Positions 35,214 to 45,400 of a DNA stretch of 64,000 nt are shown piece by piece. Under the pieces are notes generated by a model. It did no database searches and had not been told where the DNA came from. It saw nothing but the letters and a program-made list of their open reading frames with translations. The translations under genes were made by a program, and so were the position numbers. This stretch comes from Micavibrio sp. (lineage in GTDB: Bacteria > Pseudomonadota > Alphaproteobacteria > UBA2400): assembly GCA_040376705.1 (NCBI GenBank), contig JBEIQE010000001.1, positions 246,809-310,808 on the forward strand, given 5' to 3'. Each line of letters starts with the position of its first letter. Position 1 is the first letter of the stretch.

Positions 35214-37964
35214 TTAAGCGACCTCAGTATCGGGGTCAGATTTAGCCTTCTTGGCTTTTGGTTTTGCTGCAGCCTTCTTCTTCGGGGCTGCTGCTTTTCT
35301 GGCAGGTTTTTCTGCCGTCTCTTTTGGTGCGGCCTTGGCTTTAGCTGCCTTGGCCTTCGCGCCTTTACCGCCCTTACCACCTTTAGCGGCTTTGGCGTTT
35401 ATCAGCTCGATCGCGCGTTCGAGCGTCAGGTCTTCTGGCTTGCTGCCCTTGGGCAAGGTCACCATGGTTTTTCCGTGCTTGGCATAAAGGCCAAAGCGGC
35501 CCATGTGGATGGTGATAGGCTTATCATCATCCGGGTGCATACCGACATTGCGCAGCTCTGCAGCCTTAGCTTTGGCTTCGGCGAGCAGTGTAACCGCGCG
35601 GTTCATGCCGATGGTCAGCACATCGTCATCCTTGGGGATGCTCTTGAACGTGCTGCCGAGCTTAAGATAGGGCCCGAAGCGGCCAATTCCAGCGTAGATG
35701 ATTTCGCCCGTTTCAGGGTGGCCGCCAATTTCGCGCGGCAGGGTAAGCAGCTTGAGCGCAATCTCGAGCGAGACTTCGTTGGGGTTGAGGCCTTTAGGCA
35801 GCGAGGTACGCTTGGGTTTATCGGCATCAGCCACTTTGGGCTTTTTCTTTTTCTTTGGTTTGCCGTTTTTATCCAGCTCAACTGGCGCTTCTTCAGTGGC
35901 TGCAGGCTTGGGTTCAATCGGGCCAACCTTGGGGCCGAGCTGCACATACAAACCATAAGGGCCGCGCTTGAGGCTCACGGGCAGGCCAGTCTCGGGGTCG
36001 AAGCCCAAATCCTTATCGCCTTCAACCAGCGCATCTCCGCCTTCAGTGGTGGCGATCGAGAGGCGGCGGGTGTATTTGCACTCAGGATAGTTGGAGCAAC
36101 CAATGAAGGCACCGAACTTACCGAGTTTGAGGCCGATACGGCCACTCTTGCAGCTCGGACAGTCGCGGTTGCCATCCGGGAAGAAGTGGGATGAGAGAAC
36201 GGCATCGAGGTCGTCAATTACCTGGGTAATTGTCAGGTTCTTAGCACCGTCGATGGAGGATGAGAAGTCAGTCCAGAACTGGCGCAATACAGCTTTCCAC
36301 TGCTTTTCGCCACCTGAGATATCATCGAGCTGACCTTCGAGATCGGCGGTGAAATCGTACTGCACATACTTGCCAAAGAAGCTCTCGAGGAAGGTGGTAA
36401 CGATGCGGCCGCGGTCTTCCGGTACAAAGGCTTTGCCTTCAAGGCGTACGTAATTGCGGTTCTGCAATACTTCAATAATCGAGGCGTAGGTCGACGGGCG
36501 CCCGATGCCCAGCTCTTCCAGTTTCTTCACCAGACTGGCTTCGCTGTAGCGTGGCGGCGGCTGGGTGAAGTGCTGTGACGGCTCAACCACATCGGTCTTG
36601 AGTTTATCGCCTTCCTTCACCGGGGGCAGGCGCTGGTCGTCTTCCTTATCTGCGGTGAGGTCATCAGTATCTTCGAAATACAGTTTTAGGAAGCCATCAA
36701 ACACCACGATAGAGCCGGTGGCGCGTAGCTGGGTCTTACCGTCGGTTGGTGTGACATCGATAGTGGCCTGATCGAACTCGGCAGATTCCATCTGCGAGGC
36801 GACCGTACGCTTCCAGATCATTTCATAAAGGCGCGCTTCATCGCGGTCAAGGAAGGGGGCTACATCTTCCGGCAGGCGGCGCATGTCAGTCGGGCGCACG
36901 GCTTCGTGTGCTTCCTGCGCGTTCTTGGCCTTGGTCTTATACATGCGCGGGGCATCCGGCAGGTACTTGGTGCCATAGTTATCGCGGATCAGGCCGCGTA
37001 CGGCATCAATCGCATCAAGCGAGAGCGACACGCCATCAGTACGCATATAGGTGATGAGACCCACAGTCTCGCCGCCCAGGCTTACGCCTTCGTACAGCTT
37101 TTGCGCAGTGCGCATGGTACGCGATGCGCCAAGGCCGAGTTTGCGGCTGGCTTCCTGCTGCAAGGTTGAGGTAGTAAACGGCGCAGTCGGGTGACGCTTT
37201 ACCTTTTTGTGTTCGATGCTGTTAATGCTGAACTGGCCAGCTTTAATAGCGGCTACTGCAGCATCGGCAGCGCCAGCATTGCCCAGCTCAAGCTTCTCGA
37301 GCTTCTTGCCGTTGAAATGCGTGAGGCGGGTTTTAAGCGTCTGTCCGGCAGGGGTGAGGAAGTCGACCGCAACTGACCAATATTCCTGCGGGACAAATAC
37401 CTCGATTTCGCTTTCGCGCTCACAAATAAGGCGTAGGGCAACAGACTGCACACGGCCAGCCGAGCGTGCGCCCGGCAGCTTGCGCCATAAAATGGGCGAG
37501 AGGTTGAAGCCAACCAGATAGTCGAGCGCGCGGCGCGCCATATAGGCGTCAATCAGCGGCTGGTCGAGTTCACGCGGGGCCTTGATGGCCTCAAGTACGG
37601 CGTTCTTGGTGACTTCGTTAAAGGTAATACGGCCAACCTTGGCGTGGCCAAGGGCTTTGCGGTCCTTGAGTGCTTCAAGCACATGCCAGGCGATGGCTTC
37701 ACCCTCGCGGTCAGGGTCGCTTGCGAGCAGGATGTTATCGGCGCCCTTGGCAGCCTTGATGATGTCATCGATACGGGCTTTGCCGCGTTCGGCAAATTCC
37801 CAGTCCATGGCGAAGTCTTCGTCGGGGCGTACCGAGCCATCCTTGGGCGGCAGGTCGCGCACATGGCCAAAGCTGGCAATAACGGTAAAATCCCGTCCCA
37901 GATATTTGTTGATCGTCTTGGCCTTTGCAGGGCTCTCGACAATGACAACGGTTTGGCCTGACAC
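35214..37964 (-). CDS. topA: DNA topoisomerase I
   Basis: VESPAKAKTI, DPDREGEAI, SAGRVQS, LITYMRTD, AQEAHEA, a Zn ribbon, Topo C repeats and a Lys/Ala-rich tail. Confidence 0.98.
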   Translation of the reverse strand: MSGQTVVIVESPAKAKTINKYLGRDFTVIASFGHVRDLPPKDGSVRPDEDFAMDWEFAERGKARIDDIIKAAKGADNILLASDPDREGEAIAWHVLEALKDRKALGHAKVGRITFNEVTKNAVLEAIKAPRELDQPLIDAYMARRALDYLVGFNLSPILWRKLPGARSAGRVQSVALRLICERESEIEVFVPQEYWSVAVDFLTPAGQTLKTRLTHFNGKKLEKLELGNAGAADAAVAAIKAGQFSINSIEHKKVKRHPTAPFTTSTLQQEASRKLGLGASRTMRTAQKLYEGVSLGGETVGLITYMRTDGVSLSLDAIDAVRGLIRDNYGTKYLPDAPRMYKTKAKNAQEAHEAVRPTDMRRLPEDVAPFLDRDEARLYEMIWKRTVASQMESAEFDQATIDVTPTDGKTQLRATGSIVVFDGFLKLYFEDTDDLTADKEDDQRLPPVKEGDKLKTDVVEPSQHFTQPPPRYSEASLVKKLEELGIGRPSTYASIIEVLQNRNYVRLEGKAFVPEDRGRIVTTFLESFFGKYVQYDFTADLEGQLDDISGGEKQWKAVLRQFWTDFSSSIDGAKNLTITQVIDDLDAVLSSHFFPDGNRDCPSCKSGRIGLKLGKFGAFIGCSNYPECKYTRRLSIATTEGGDALVEGDKDLGFDPETGLPVSLKRGPYGLYVQLGPKVGPIEPKPAATEEAPVELDKNGKPKKKKKPKVADADKPKRTSLPKGLNPNEVSLEIALKLLTLPREIGGHPETGEIIYAGIGRFGPYLKLGSTFKSIPKDDDVLTIGMNRAVTLLAEAKAKAAELRNVGMHPDDDKPITIHMGRFGLYAKHGKTMVTLPKGSKPEDLTLERAIELINAKAAKGGKGGKGAKAKAAKAKAAPKETAEKPARKAAAPKKKAAAKPKAKKAKSDPDTEVA

Positions 37965-37977
37965 TATATATGTACCC

Positions 37978-39093
37978 CTAAATCGCTGCTGACTGCTGGT
38001 CAGCTATTAACGCCACCTGATTGCCCGGTAGCCGCACAATTCGGCCAGCCAGTTCTAGTTCCAGTAGCACCGCCAGCACCATGGGTGCAGGCATTTGACA
38101 TAGCCTTATAAGCGCGTCAACAGGGGCAGGGGTAGGGGAAAGTGCCTCAAGCACCTGAGGGCGTAGGGTGTTAAGCTCATTTTCTTTAATATTATCAATG
38201 GCTTGATTTTTATATGGCACAGGTTCAGATTCTTGTGCCGAGGCCGGCCTTAAAATGGCCAAAACGTCTTCTGGCCCCTCAATCAGGGCGGCGCCGTCCT
38301 TAATTAACTTATTGGTACCAGTCGAGCGCGGGTCGAGTGGGGAGCCGGGAACGGCCATCACTTCGCGCCCCTGTTCGGCTGCCATACGGGCGGTGATGAG
38401 CGAACCAGACTGCATGGCCGCCTCAATGACGATAACGCCCTTCGAGAGGCCGGAGACGATACGGTTACGCCGCGGGAACAGGCGAGCGTTAATCGGCGTG
38501 CCAAAGGGCATCTCTGCTACCACGCAGCCTTGCTCGGTCATGGCTTTATGCAGGGCTTCGTTCTCGGGTGGATATACAACATCAATGCCCCCAGCAATAA
38601 CGCCTATGGTGCCTTTGGCGAGTGCGCCTTGATGGGCTGATGCATCAATTCCGGCTGCGAGGCCCGAGACGACCATCCAGCCTGCTTCAGACAGGCTGCG
38701 GCCCAATCGCTCGGCAAAGCGGCGGCCGTTGAGCGAGGCGTTACGTGCCCCCACAATTGCTACGCAGGGTTTGCCCAGCAGCGCTGCATGGCCGTGCACC
38801 GCGATGACGGGTGGGGCGTCACTGATATGCGCGAGCAGGCGGGGGTAGTCAGCATCACCGCTCAGCAGCAGCCTGGCACCCATGTGCTGAATGCGGCCAG
38901 CTTCATCCTCAACACTGGCTTTACTCGGGATGCTCAGTTTGCGTTTGAGCCCACCTTTGCTGGCAAGTTCAGGAATGGCTTCGAGCGCGGCGCTGGCCGA
39001 CCCATAGCGGCTGAGCAGCTGATGGAACGTCACTGGCCCTACATTTTCGGTGCGGGCAAGGCGTAGCCAGTCAAGACGCTCGGCAGCTGTCAT
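37978..39093 (-). CDS. dprA: DNA-processing protein DprA
   Basis: AIVGARNAS, VSGLAAGID, FPRRNRIVSGLS, SGSLITA and AVPGSPLD. Confidence 0.96.
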   Translation of the reverse strand: MTAAERLDWLRLARTENVGPVTFHQLLSRYGSASAALEAIPELASKGGLKRKLSIPSKASVEDEAGRIQHMGARLLLSGDADYPRLLAHISDAPPVIAVHGHAALLGKPCVAIVGARNASLNGRRFAERLGRSLSEAGWMVVSGLAAGIDASAHQGALAKGTIGVIAGGIDVVYPPENEALHKAMTEQGCVVAEMPFGTPINARLFPRRNRIVSGLSKGVIVIEAAMQSGSLITARMAAEQGREVMAVPGSPLDPRSTGTNKLIKDGAALIEGPEDVLAILRPASAQESEPVPYKNQAIDNIKENELNTLRPQVLEALSPTPAPVDALIRLCQMPAPMVLAVLLELELAGRIVRLPGNQVALIADQQSAAI

Positions 39094-39749
39094 TTCTTTG
39101 CGCCAATCTTGGGCTCAGTACCATTGAGCAGGCGCTTGATGTTCTCGTGATGGCGCGCCCACACAATAGCGGCAACAACAGCGAGCGGAATGATAAGCGC
39201 ATTAAAGCCGAGCAGCGGGTCGCCCTTGTTGATGTAATAGGCATAACCGGGCAGAGCACCAATCGCCACCAGCGCGGCCAGCGATGAGCGGCGGAATGCC
39301 AGTGCCATAAGCAGCCATGTGGCACAGGCAGCAACACCCAGTATCCAGTTAAGCCCAAGCGCAACACCAAGTGCTGTTGCTACCCCTTTACCGCCCTTGA
39401 ACTTGAGCCAGATGGGGAAGCAATGGCCGATAAGAGCAGCAAGGCCTACCAGCGCAAGCGTTTCAGGGCGTGCAGTTTCGCAATAATAATCTACACAGTC
39501 AGTGAATATGCTTTCGGGATTGGTGAGGTACCAGCGTGCAGCTTCAATCGCGATGCAGCCCTTGGCGCCATCGAGAAACAGGGTGAGGGCAGCCAAGCCC
39601 TTGCGGCCCGTGCGCAGAACATTGGTTGCGCCAATATTACCGGAGCCGATGGCGCGGATATCGCCAAGGCCCGCCATGCGGGTAAGAAGGAGGCCGAAGG
39701 GGATGCTGCCGATCAAATATGCAGCGATGAGGATAAATACGAGTTCCAT
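39090..39749 (-). CDS. plsY: Glycerol-3-phosphate acyltransferase PlsY
   Basis: YLIGSIPFG, GSGNIGATNVLR, GHCFPIWLKFKGGKGVAT and RHHENIKRL. Confidence 0.96.
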   Translation of the reverse strand: MELVFILIAAYLIGSIPFGLLLTRMAGLGDIRAIGSGNIGATNVLRTGRKGLAALTLFLDGAKGCIAIEAARWYLTNPESIFTDCVDYYCETARPETLALVGLAALIGHCFPIWLKFKGGKGVATALGVALGLNWILGVAACATWLLMALAFRRSSLAALVAIGALPGYAYYINKGDPLLGFNALIIPLAVVAAIVWARHHENIKRLLNGTEPKIGAKK

Positions 39750-39792
39750 ACGCGCAGAATGGCCTGAGTGCGCCTATTATGCAAGATACGGC

Positions 39793-40482
39793 TTAATATC
39801 CGAGTGCCTTGCGCACAATTTCCTGCGCTTCGCCATCACAGGCACGTGAGATACGGTCATATTCCATGCGGGTATCCACCTGCGCTTGGCGGCGGCTGCG
39901 CTCGCCCAGCATGGTCTTGGAGCTTTCCTGCAGACTACTGCGTAACCGCGATTTCAGTTCTTCCATCGCCTGTTCCTGATTATAGCTCCAGATAGGGCCA
40001 AGATCGCGCACGGCATAGTCAGCTTCCTGCTGCAGGCGGAAATGCCATTCACGCAACAGCTGCGCATCAACCGCGACGTGGCGGCGCTCATGTTCTTCAA
40101 CCTTGCTGAACATACAGGTACCGACAGGTATTTCGCTGGCAATATAAATGGCGGTATCGGCAAACGCATATTCAATATCAGCCTCAACCAGACTGACACA
40201 GAAACTGCCATTCGGCAGCGAGGTGACGCGTGCCTGTATGCTGATCTGGTAGGTCACATCCGCCTTGGCGAGGCCGAGAGGTACATGCTCATGCCCGCCG
40301 GCTGCACCGGAGGTGCTATTACGGATGCCGCGCAGGCCGGCGATATCGACATTGGTAATCAGCCGCGGGGTATCCTGCCGCACCTTCACAAGAGCAGTGG
40401 GGTTGTTATTGCGTGGGCAGTCTTGCGCCAGCGCAAATTGCGGGCACAAGGCTACCAGAAGGGCGATGAGGAGTAGGCGCAC
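39793..40482 (-). CDS. Secreted protein with HExxH motif (DUF922-like putative Zn peptidase)
   Basis: Signal peptide (AFA-like cleavage FALA), HERRH motif and several Cys. Confidence 0.65.
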   Translation of the reverse strand: MRLLLIALLVALCPQFALAQDCPRNNNPTALVKVRQDTPRLITNVDIAGLRGIRNSTSGAAGGHEHVPLGLAKADVTYQISIQARVTSLPNGSFCVSLVEADIEYAFADTAIYIASEIPVGTCMFSKVEEHERRHVAVDAQLLREWHFRLQQEADYAVRDLGPIWSYNQEQAMEELKSRLRSSLQESSKTMLGERSRRQAQVDTRMEYDRISRACDGEAQEIVRKALGY

Positions 40483-40515
40483 CCTCTTAGACTAGCCCTC
40501 TAGGGTTAAGAAGGA

Positions 40516-41697
40516 TTAAACCTTCTGTTTACCTAGCCAATCGCGCAATATTTCGGCGCTGTGCTGGCCCAGAGTGGGCGGCGCGTAGCGATAGCTTACC
40601 GGCGTATCCGAGAGTTTGATGGGCGATCCGATCAGCTTTTGCGTATCCGGTGTAAGCGGATGCGGCATTTCGATCACCATATCGCGGGCGATAGTCTGCG
40701 GGTGCGCGAATACTTCATCAATCTGGTTGATGGGGCCGCAGGGCACACCCAAGGGCTCAAGCCCGTCCAGCCATTCGGCTTTGGTTTTGGTCAGCATGCA
40801 CTCGGCGAGCAGCGGCACCAGCTCGGCGCGGTTAATTACGCGCTGGCTGTTGGTGGCGTAGCGTGCATCTAAAGCCCATTCGGGTTTGCCCGCAAACTCA
40901 GCAAATTTGGCGAACTGGCTATCGTTACCTACGGCCAAAATCACATGGCCATCCGCCACCGCAAAAACCTGATAAGGTACAATAGTTGAATGCGCATTGC
41001 CCATGCGTGGCGGCAACTTGCCAGAGGTAAGGTAGTACTGGCCAAGGTTAGCCAGCCAAGCCACCTGCGTATCGAACAGGGCAATATCTATGAACTGACC
41101 TTTGCCAGTATGTGTGCGGGCATGTAGTGCAGCCAGAATAGCAGTGGTGGCATACATACCGGCCATAATATCGGCCACCGCAACGCCGGTTTTCATCGGC
41201 ATGCCATCCGGCTCACCGGTCATACTCATGATACCGCCCATACCCTGCACCATAAAGTCGTAGCCTGCGCGCGCAGCATCCGGCCCGCTCTGCCCAAAGC
41301 CAGTGAGGGAGCAGTAGATGAGGCGGGGGTTAATCTTTTCCAGGCTGGCGTAGTCGAGCCCGTATTTGGCGAGGGTGCCAACCTTGTAATTTTCTATCAG
41401 GACATCGGCCTTCTTAACCAGTTCGAGCAGCGTAGCCTTGTCGTCTGGCGTAGTAAAATCGAGCGCGAGTGAGCGTTTGTTGCGGTTACAGCAGAGGTAG
41501 TAGGCGCTTTCGGTGGTTTTATTCCCGTCCTTATCAGCGAGATAGGGCGGGCCCCACTTGCGCGTATCATCGCCTTCCTGCGGCTTTTCAATTTTAACAA
41601 CATCAGCCCCGAGGTCGCCCAGGGTCTGGGTTGCGCTCGGGCCGGCGAGGATTCTGGACAGATCCAGCACCTTCAAGTCAAGTAAAGCTGTAGCCAT
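40516..41697 (-). CDS. CaiB/BaiF family III CoA-transferase
   Basis: LDLSRILAGP, LGADVVKIE, GDDTR, NRNKRS, GYDF and PTLGQHS. Confidence 0.95.
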   Translation of the reverse strand: MATALLDLKVLDLSRILAGPSATQTLGDLGADVVKIEKPQEGDDTRKWGPPYLADKDGNKTTESAYYLCCNRNKRSLALDFTTPDDKATLLELVKKADVLIENYKVGTLAKYGLDYASLEKINPRLIYCSLTGFGQSGPDAARAGYDFMVQGMGGIMSMTGEPDGMPMKTGVAVADIMAGMYATTAILAALHARTHTGKGQFIDIALFDTQVAWLANLGQYYLTSGKLPPRMGNAHSTIVPYQVFAVADGHVILAVGNDSQFAKFAEFAGKPEWALDARYATNSQRVINRAELVPLLAECMLTKTKAEWLDGLEPLGVPCGPINQIDEVFAHPQTIARDMVIEMPHPLTPDTQKLIGSPIKLSDTPVSYRYAPPTLGQHSAEILRDWLGKQKV

Positions 41698-41771
41698 TTA
41701 ACCTCTTTCTTGGCTTTCATTGTGCCGTGAATCCTGCTTTATGGAAGCCATAAATAAAAACAGTTTTGGGG

Positions 41772-42947
41772 ATGGTACACATGGGCTCAACGCCTGATTT
41801 GAAATTTCAATCCTTAGCAGGAAATGCCTTGCCAAGGGTCGGTCTTGCCTTGCAGGGTGGCGGTACATCCGGTGCTTACACCGATGGTGTGTTAAGAGTG
41901 TTGCATGCGTATTTTGAGAAGTGGGGTATATCCGTTGTCGGCGAAACCGGCGATAGCGCGGGCGCCTTGAACGCGCTTTATGATATGTATGGCTACATCA
42001 CTGGTAAGCCTGGCCAGAAGGCTGAAAAGGCTAATTTTATGCGCGAGCGCCTGTGGTGGTCGGTTGACCGTATGGCGTTACTGGCCCGTCATAGCCAGTC
42101 ACTACATAACATGTTCAACCCGGCGACTGTGATGGGTGAGATGATCGAGCAGGCTGGCCATTTATTTGACATGCCGCGCGATGCCATGGCTGCGTTTAAT
42201 CTCTCTGGTCGTCATCCTGCTCTCAAGATTACTAATATGCAGGTGCCGCCGCTGCAGCAAATGGTAGCTCAGCATATTGATTTCAAACGCTTTATGGATA
42301 AAGGCGCACCGGTTGTTATCATCAATACAACCGACAAGCACAACGGCCAGCCCAAGCTGTATCTTAACTCAGCCCTTTCAGCACAGGCTGCGGCTGAGTC
42401 TGGTTACTTGCCGCGTATTATCCTGCGTATGTTCGATGGCAACCACCCCAGCCTTAAGACCCATGATCATGATGGCGGCTTTACGGCCAACCCGCCGGTC
42501 ATGCCGCTGTATACTTACTGCCCCGATATGACTGACCTGATTGTCGTGCGCATTACCCCCTTGGTGCAGAATAATGATGCCGTGCGGGGGCTGGATGAGG
42601 ACAAGCAGATGGCTGATAAACAGCTACGCTACCTCTACAATGCTGCCTGTGAGGCCGAGTTGCGCGCGGTTAGGCGCGAAGCCGAGCTCGAGGGGCGCAA
42701 GCTCAACATTCATGTGATTTCGGTTAAGCCGGATTGGCCTTATCCCATGGATACGCAGGCCAGCATCAAGCATACCAACTGGAATTTCTTTAGCGAATTG
42801 CGCCATGCAGGCGCTCAGCGTGCAACCGAATGGTTGCAGAACGAAGGCCAGTATCTGGGCAAGCAAAGCACATATGAGGTCGGCTATCAGGTTTTCGGCC
42901 AGGTGGCTGGCAGTGTGCCAGCGCGCAATAAGCTGGAGCCTGCCTGA
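41772..42947 (+). CDS. Divergent patatin-like phospholipase/esterase
   Basis: LALQGGGTSGAY, GDSAGALN and DGGFTANPP. Confidence 0.8.
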   Translation: MVHMGSTPDLKFQSLAGNALPRVGLALQGGGTSGAYTDGVLRVLHAYFEKWGISVVGETGDSAGALNALYDMYGYITGKPGQKAEKANFMRERLWWSVDRMALLARHSQSLHNMFNPATVMGEMIEQAGHLFDMPRDAMAAFNLSGRHPALKITNMQVPPLQQMVAQHIDFKRFMDKGAPVVIINTTDKHNGQPKLYLNSALSAQAAAESGYLPRIILRMFDGNHPSLKTHDHDGGFTANPPVMPLYTYCPDMTDLIVVRITPLVQNNDAVRGLDEDKQMADKQLRYLYNAACEAELRAVRREAELEGRKLNIHVISVKPDWPYPMDTQASIKHTNWNFFSELRHAGAQRATEWLQNEGQYLGKQSTYEVGYQVFGQVAGSVPARNKLEPA

Positions 42948-42948
42948 T

Positions 42949-44043
42949 TTACAGGTACTGCTCGCGTACGTTAAGTGATGAACGGTTGTTCAGGGCCGAC
43001 CAGTGCTTCTTCAGCCAGCTATCAGTTGCCTGATAACCAGTATCGCGCAGTTCGGTTAAAAAGTCCCATTCGGCGTTCATCTTGCTTGAGGCATCATACT
43101 TGTTCAGCTGCCGTTCGCTATGAATGCGGTGGATCAGCATTTGCTTGTATTTTTTCTTGTCCAGTGCGCCTTCATTAATCAGCTTGGTTACAAAGTTGAT
43201 CGCGCGCATTTCGCTGATGAGCGATGAGTTGAACGTGATTTCGTCAATCCGGTTACGGATTTCTGCTGCCGTATCCGGTGTATCGCTGCGCTCAATCGGG
43301 TTGATCTGCACGATAACGATATCGCGTGTATCGCAATGGTAGATGAGTGGCCAGAGTACGGGGTTACCCATATAGCCGCCGTCCCAATAGGCTTCGCCGC
43401 CAATTTCAATCGCCTGGTAAAGCGTAGGCAGGCAGGCGGAGGCAGTAACAACATCGGCTGTCAGCTCGTTGCGCTTGAACACGCGCGCGCGACCGGTTTT
43501 AACCGCGGTAGCCGAGATGAAAAGTTTTATCGATTTACAGGCCCGCACAGCCTTGAAGTCGATCATGTTCTGCAGCAAAACGCGCAGCGGGTTAAAGCCC
43601 AGCGGGTTGAGCTGGTAGGGCGAGGCCACGCGGCTGAGCAGGTCGAGCGCGGTGTAGACTGGTGAGTTATTTAGGCTCCAGTTACCCATCATGGTGTCCA
43701 TGGGCGTGCGCTGTACGGGCGAGAACACATGCATGTCGCTCACATTCTTCCACAGCTCGGCCAGTGAGGCTTTGGCGCCTTTGCGCCCGCCTGCGGTATA
43801 GCCCTGCGCCAGTGCAATCGCGTTCATCGCGCCTGCTGAGGCACCGCTGATGCCTTCAATGGTCAGGCGCTCTTCTTCCAGCAGTCGATTGAGCACGCCC
43901 CATGTATAAGCGCCATGCGAACCACCACCCTGCAGCGCAAGGTTGATAGTACGCGTGTCGAGCACGGCTGCGGCTTTACGCGTCTTTTTAGGGGCGGGTT
44001 TCTTTGTGGGCTTGGCTGCTTTGCCCTTAACCGGTTTTACCAC
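42949..44043 (-). CDS. Patatin-like phospholipase family protein
   Basis: LALQGGGSHGAYTWGVL, GASAGAMN, ASACLP and YWDGGYMGNP. Confidence 0.92.
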   Translation of the reverse strand: MVKPVKGKAAKPTKKPAPKKTRKAAAVLDTRTINLALQGGGSHGAYTWGVLNRLLEEERLTIEGISGASAGAMNAIALAQGYTAGGRKGAKASLAELWKNVSDMHVFSPVQRTPMDTMMGNWSLNNSPVYTALDLLSRVASPYQLNPLGFNPLRVLLQNMIDFKAVRACKSIKLFISATAVKTGRARVFKRNELTADVVTASACLPTLYQAIEIGGEAYWDGGYMGNPVLWPLIYHCDTRDIVIVQINPIERSDTPDTAAEIRNRIDEITFNSSLISEMRAINFVTKLINEGALDKKKYKQMLIHRIHSERQLNKYDASSKMNAEWDFLTELRDTGYQATDSWLKKHWSALNNRSSLNVREQYL

Positions 44044-44444
44044 GATAGCGCAAACTTCAGCAGGAGCAGGAGCGAGCAGCCCATAAGGGTGAACAAGGTA
44101 AGCACAGTACCGATAAATCGGCCGGGCGAGTGGTTAGGCGATTGTGAGAGGCCATAGGCGTGCAGTACCCGAGCCATAACCAGTACAATCCCAAGGAAAT
44201 GGATAAACCATGCGCTGTAGCCCGCCAATTCGACAAAAGCCATGAGAACAAGAATGAACGGCACAAATTCGGCAAAATTGGCATGAACACGAACCGCTTG
44301 GCGCAGCACGGGCACATCGCCATCGCCAAGGCCGACGCGGTAGCGCATGCGCAGGCGGGGAATCCGCAGCGAAAGGCCAAAGAAAATCAGGCCTAAAAGC
44401 CCGGCATAGAGGGGGGTAATGGCAAGGGTAGCGGCGAGGGTCAT
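44037..44444 (-). CDS. MAPEG family membrane protein
   Basis: R.RYRVGLGDG, RVHANFAEFVP and ARVLHAYG. Confidence 0.9.
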   Translation of the reverse strand: MTLAATLAITPLYAGLLGLIFFGLSLRIPRLRMRYRVGLGDGDVPVLRQAVRVHANFAEFVPFILVLMAFVELAGYSAWFIHFLGIVLVMARVLHAYGLSQSPNHSPGRFIGTVLTLFTLMGCSLLLLLKFALSW

Positions 44445-44519
44445 AACAGCAGAGTAGCGCACCAAAACCATTGGTCAACCGTCTGGACGGGCTGGGGGAA
44501 CGGTGGCATAGTGCGGCCC

Positions 44520-44921
44520 ATGAAACGCTCATTTTTAACGCTGCTTAACAGCATGTATCTGCGCCTGCTCACTCTGCGTCAGGGTAAGCTTGTCGGTACC
44601 GACTCCTTCGGCAATGCCTACTACCGCTCAGCCGGTGCCAAGCGGCACGGGCGCGAGCGCCGCTGGGTCGTGTATGGCGGCAGCTATGGTGTTGATCCTG
44701 AAGCCTCGATGGTTCCGCCCGAGTGGCATGGCTGGCTGCACCACAGCTACGATGCACCGCTGCCAGTTGATTCTGCCAAGCCCTGGGTTAAGCCGCACCA
44801 GTTCAATCTTACAGGCACAGCCTCCAGCTACCGTCCTGCTGGCCATCAGCTTTCAGGCGGCAAGCGTGCTGCTGCGACCGGCGATTATCAGGCTTGGAGC
44901 CCAGAGGGGAGTGCGCAATAG
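44520..44921 (+). CDS. NADH:ubiquinone oxidoreductase subunit NDUFA12-like
   Basis: GKLVGTDSFGNAYY, RRWVVY, EASMVPPEWHGWLHH, NLTGT and GDYQAWSP. Confidence 0.93.
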   Translation: MKRSFLTLLNSMYLRLLTLRQGKLVGTDSFGNAYYRSAGAKRHGRERRWVVYGGSYGVDPEASMVPPEWHGWLHHSYDAPLPVDSAKPWVKPHQFNLTGTASSYRPAGHQLSGGKRAAATGDYQAWSPEGSAQ

Positions 44922-44923
44922 CC

Positions 44924-45400
44924 ATGAAGCATAACGTCATCGAAACAGCCATGGGCGCCGTTGTTCTGGCAGCTGCAGGCATCTTCATCGTCTTTGCCAT
45001 GAAAACAGCTAATGTCGATACCGCTAGCGGTTATCAGATCAAAGGTGCATTTACCAATGCCAACGGCGTGATCGTGGGTAGCGATATCCGGATTGGCGGC
45101 GTGAAGGTGGGTAGCGTGTCGAAGCTTGAGCTTGATCCTGTCAGCTATCAGGCTGTTGTTACCATGAACATAGGTGACGATGTTAAGCTGCCAGACGACA
45201 GCAGTGCCACCATCCGCTCCGAGAGCCTGATGGGCGGCAAGTTCCTGGCACTCGACCCCGGTGGGTCAGAAGCCATGCTCACCGCTGGCGGCATGATCAG
45301 GCATACGCAGTCGACCCCTGATCTCGAGCAGTTACTCGGGCAGGCTATCTTCAGTATGAGCCAGAGCAAGTCGGCCGAGCCTGCAGCCACTAACCCGTGA
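44924..45400 (+). CDS. mlaD: Outer-membrane lipid asymmetry protein MlaD (MCE domain)
   Basis: ETAMGAVV, GSDIRIGGVKVGSV and SESLMGGKFLALDPGG. Confidence 0.9.
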   Translation: MKHNVIETAMGAVVLAAAGIFIVFAMKTANVDTASGYQIKGAFTNANGVIVGSDIRIGGVKVGSVSKLELDPVSYQAVVTMNIGDDVKLPDDSSATIRSESLMGGKFLALDPGGSEAMLTAGGMIRHTQSTPDLEQLLGQAIFSMSQSKSAEPAATNP

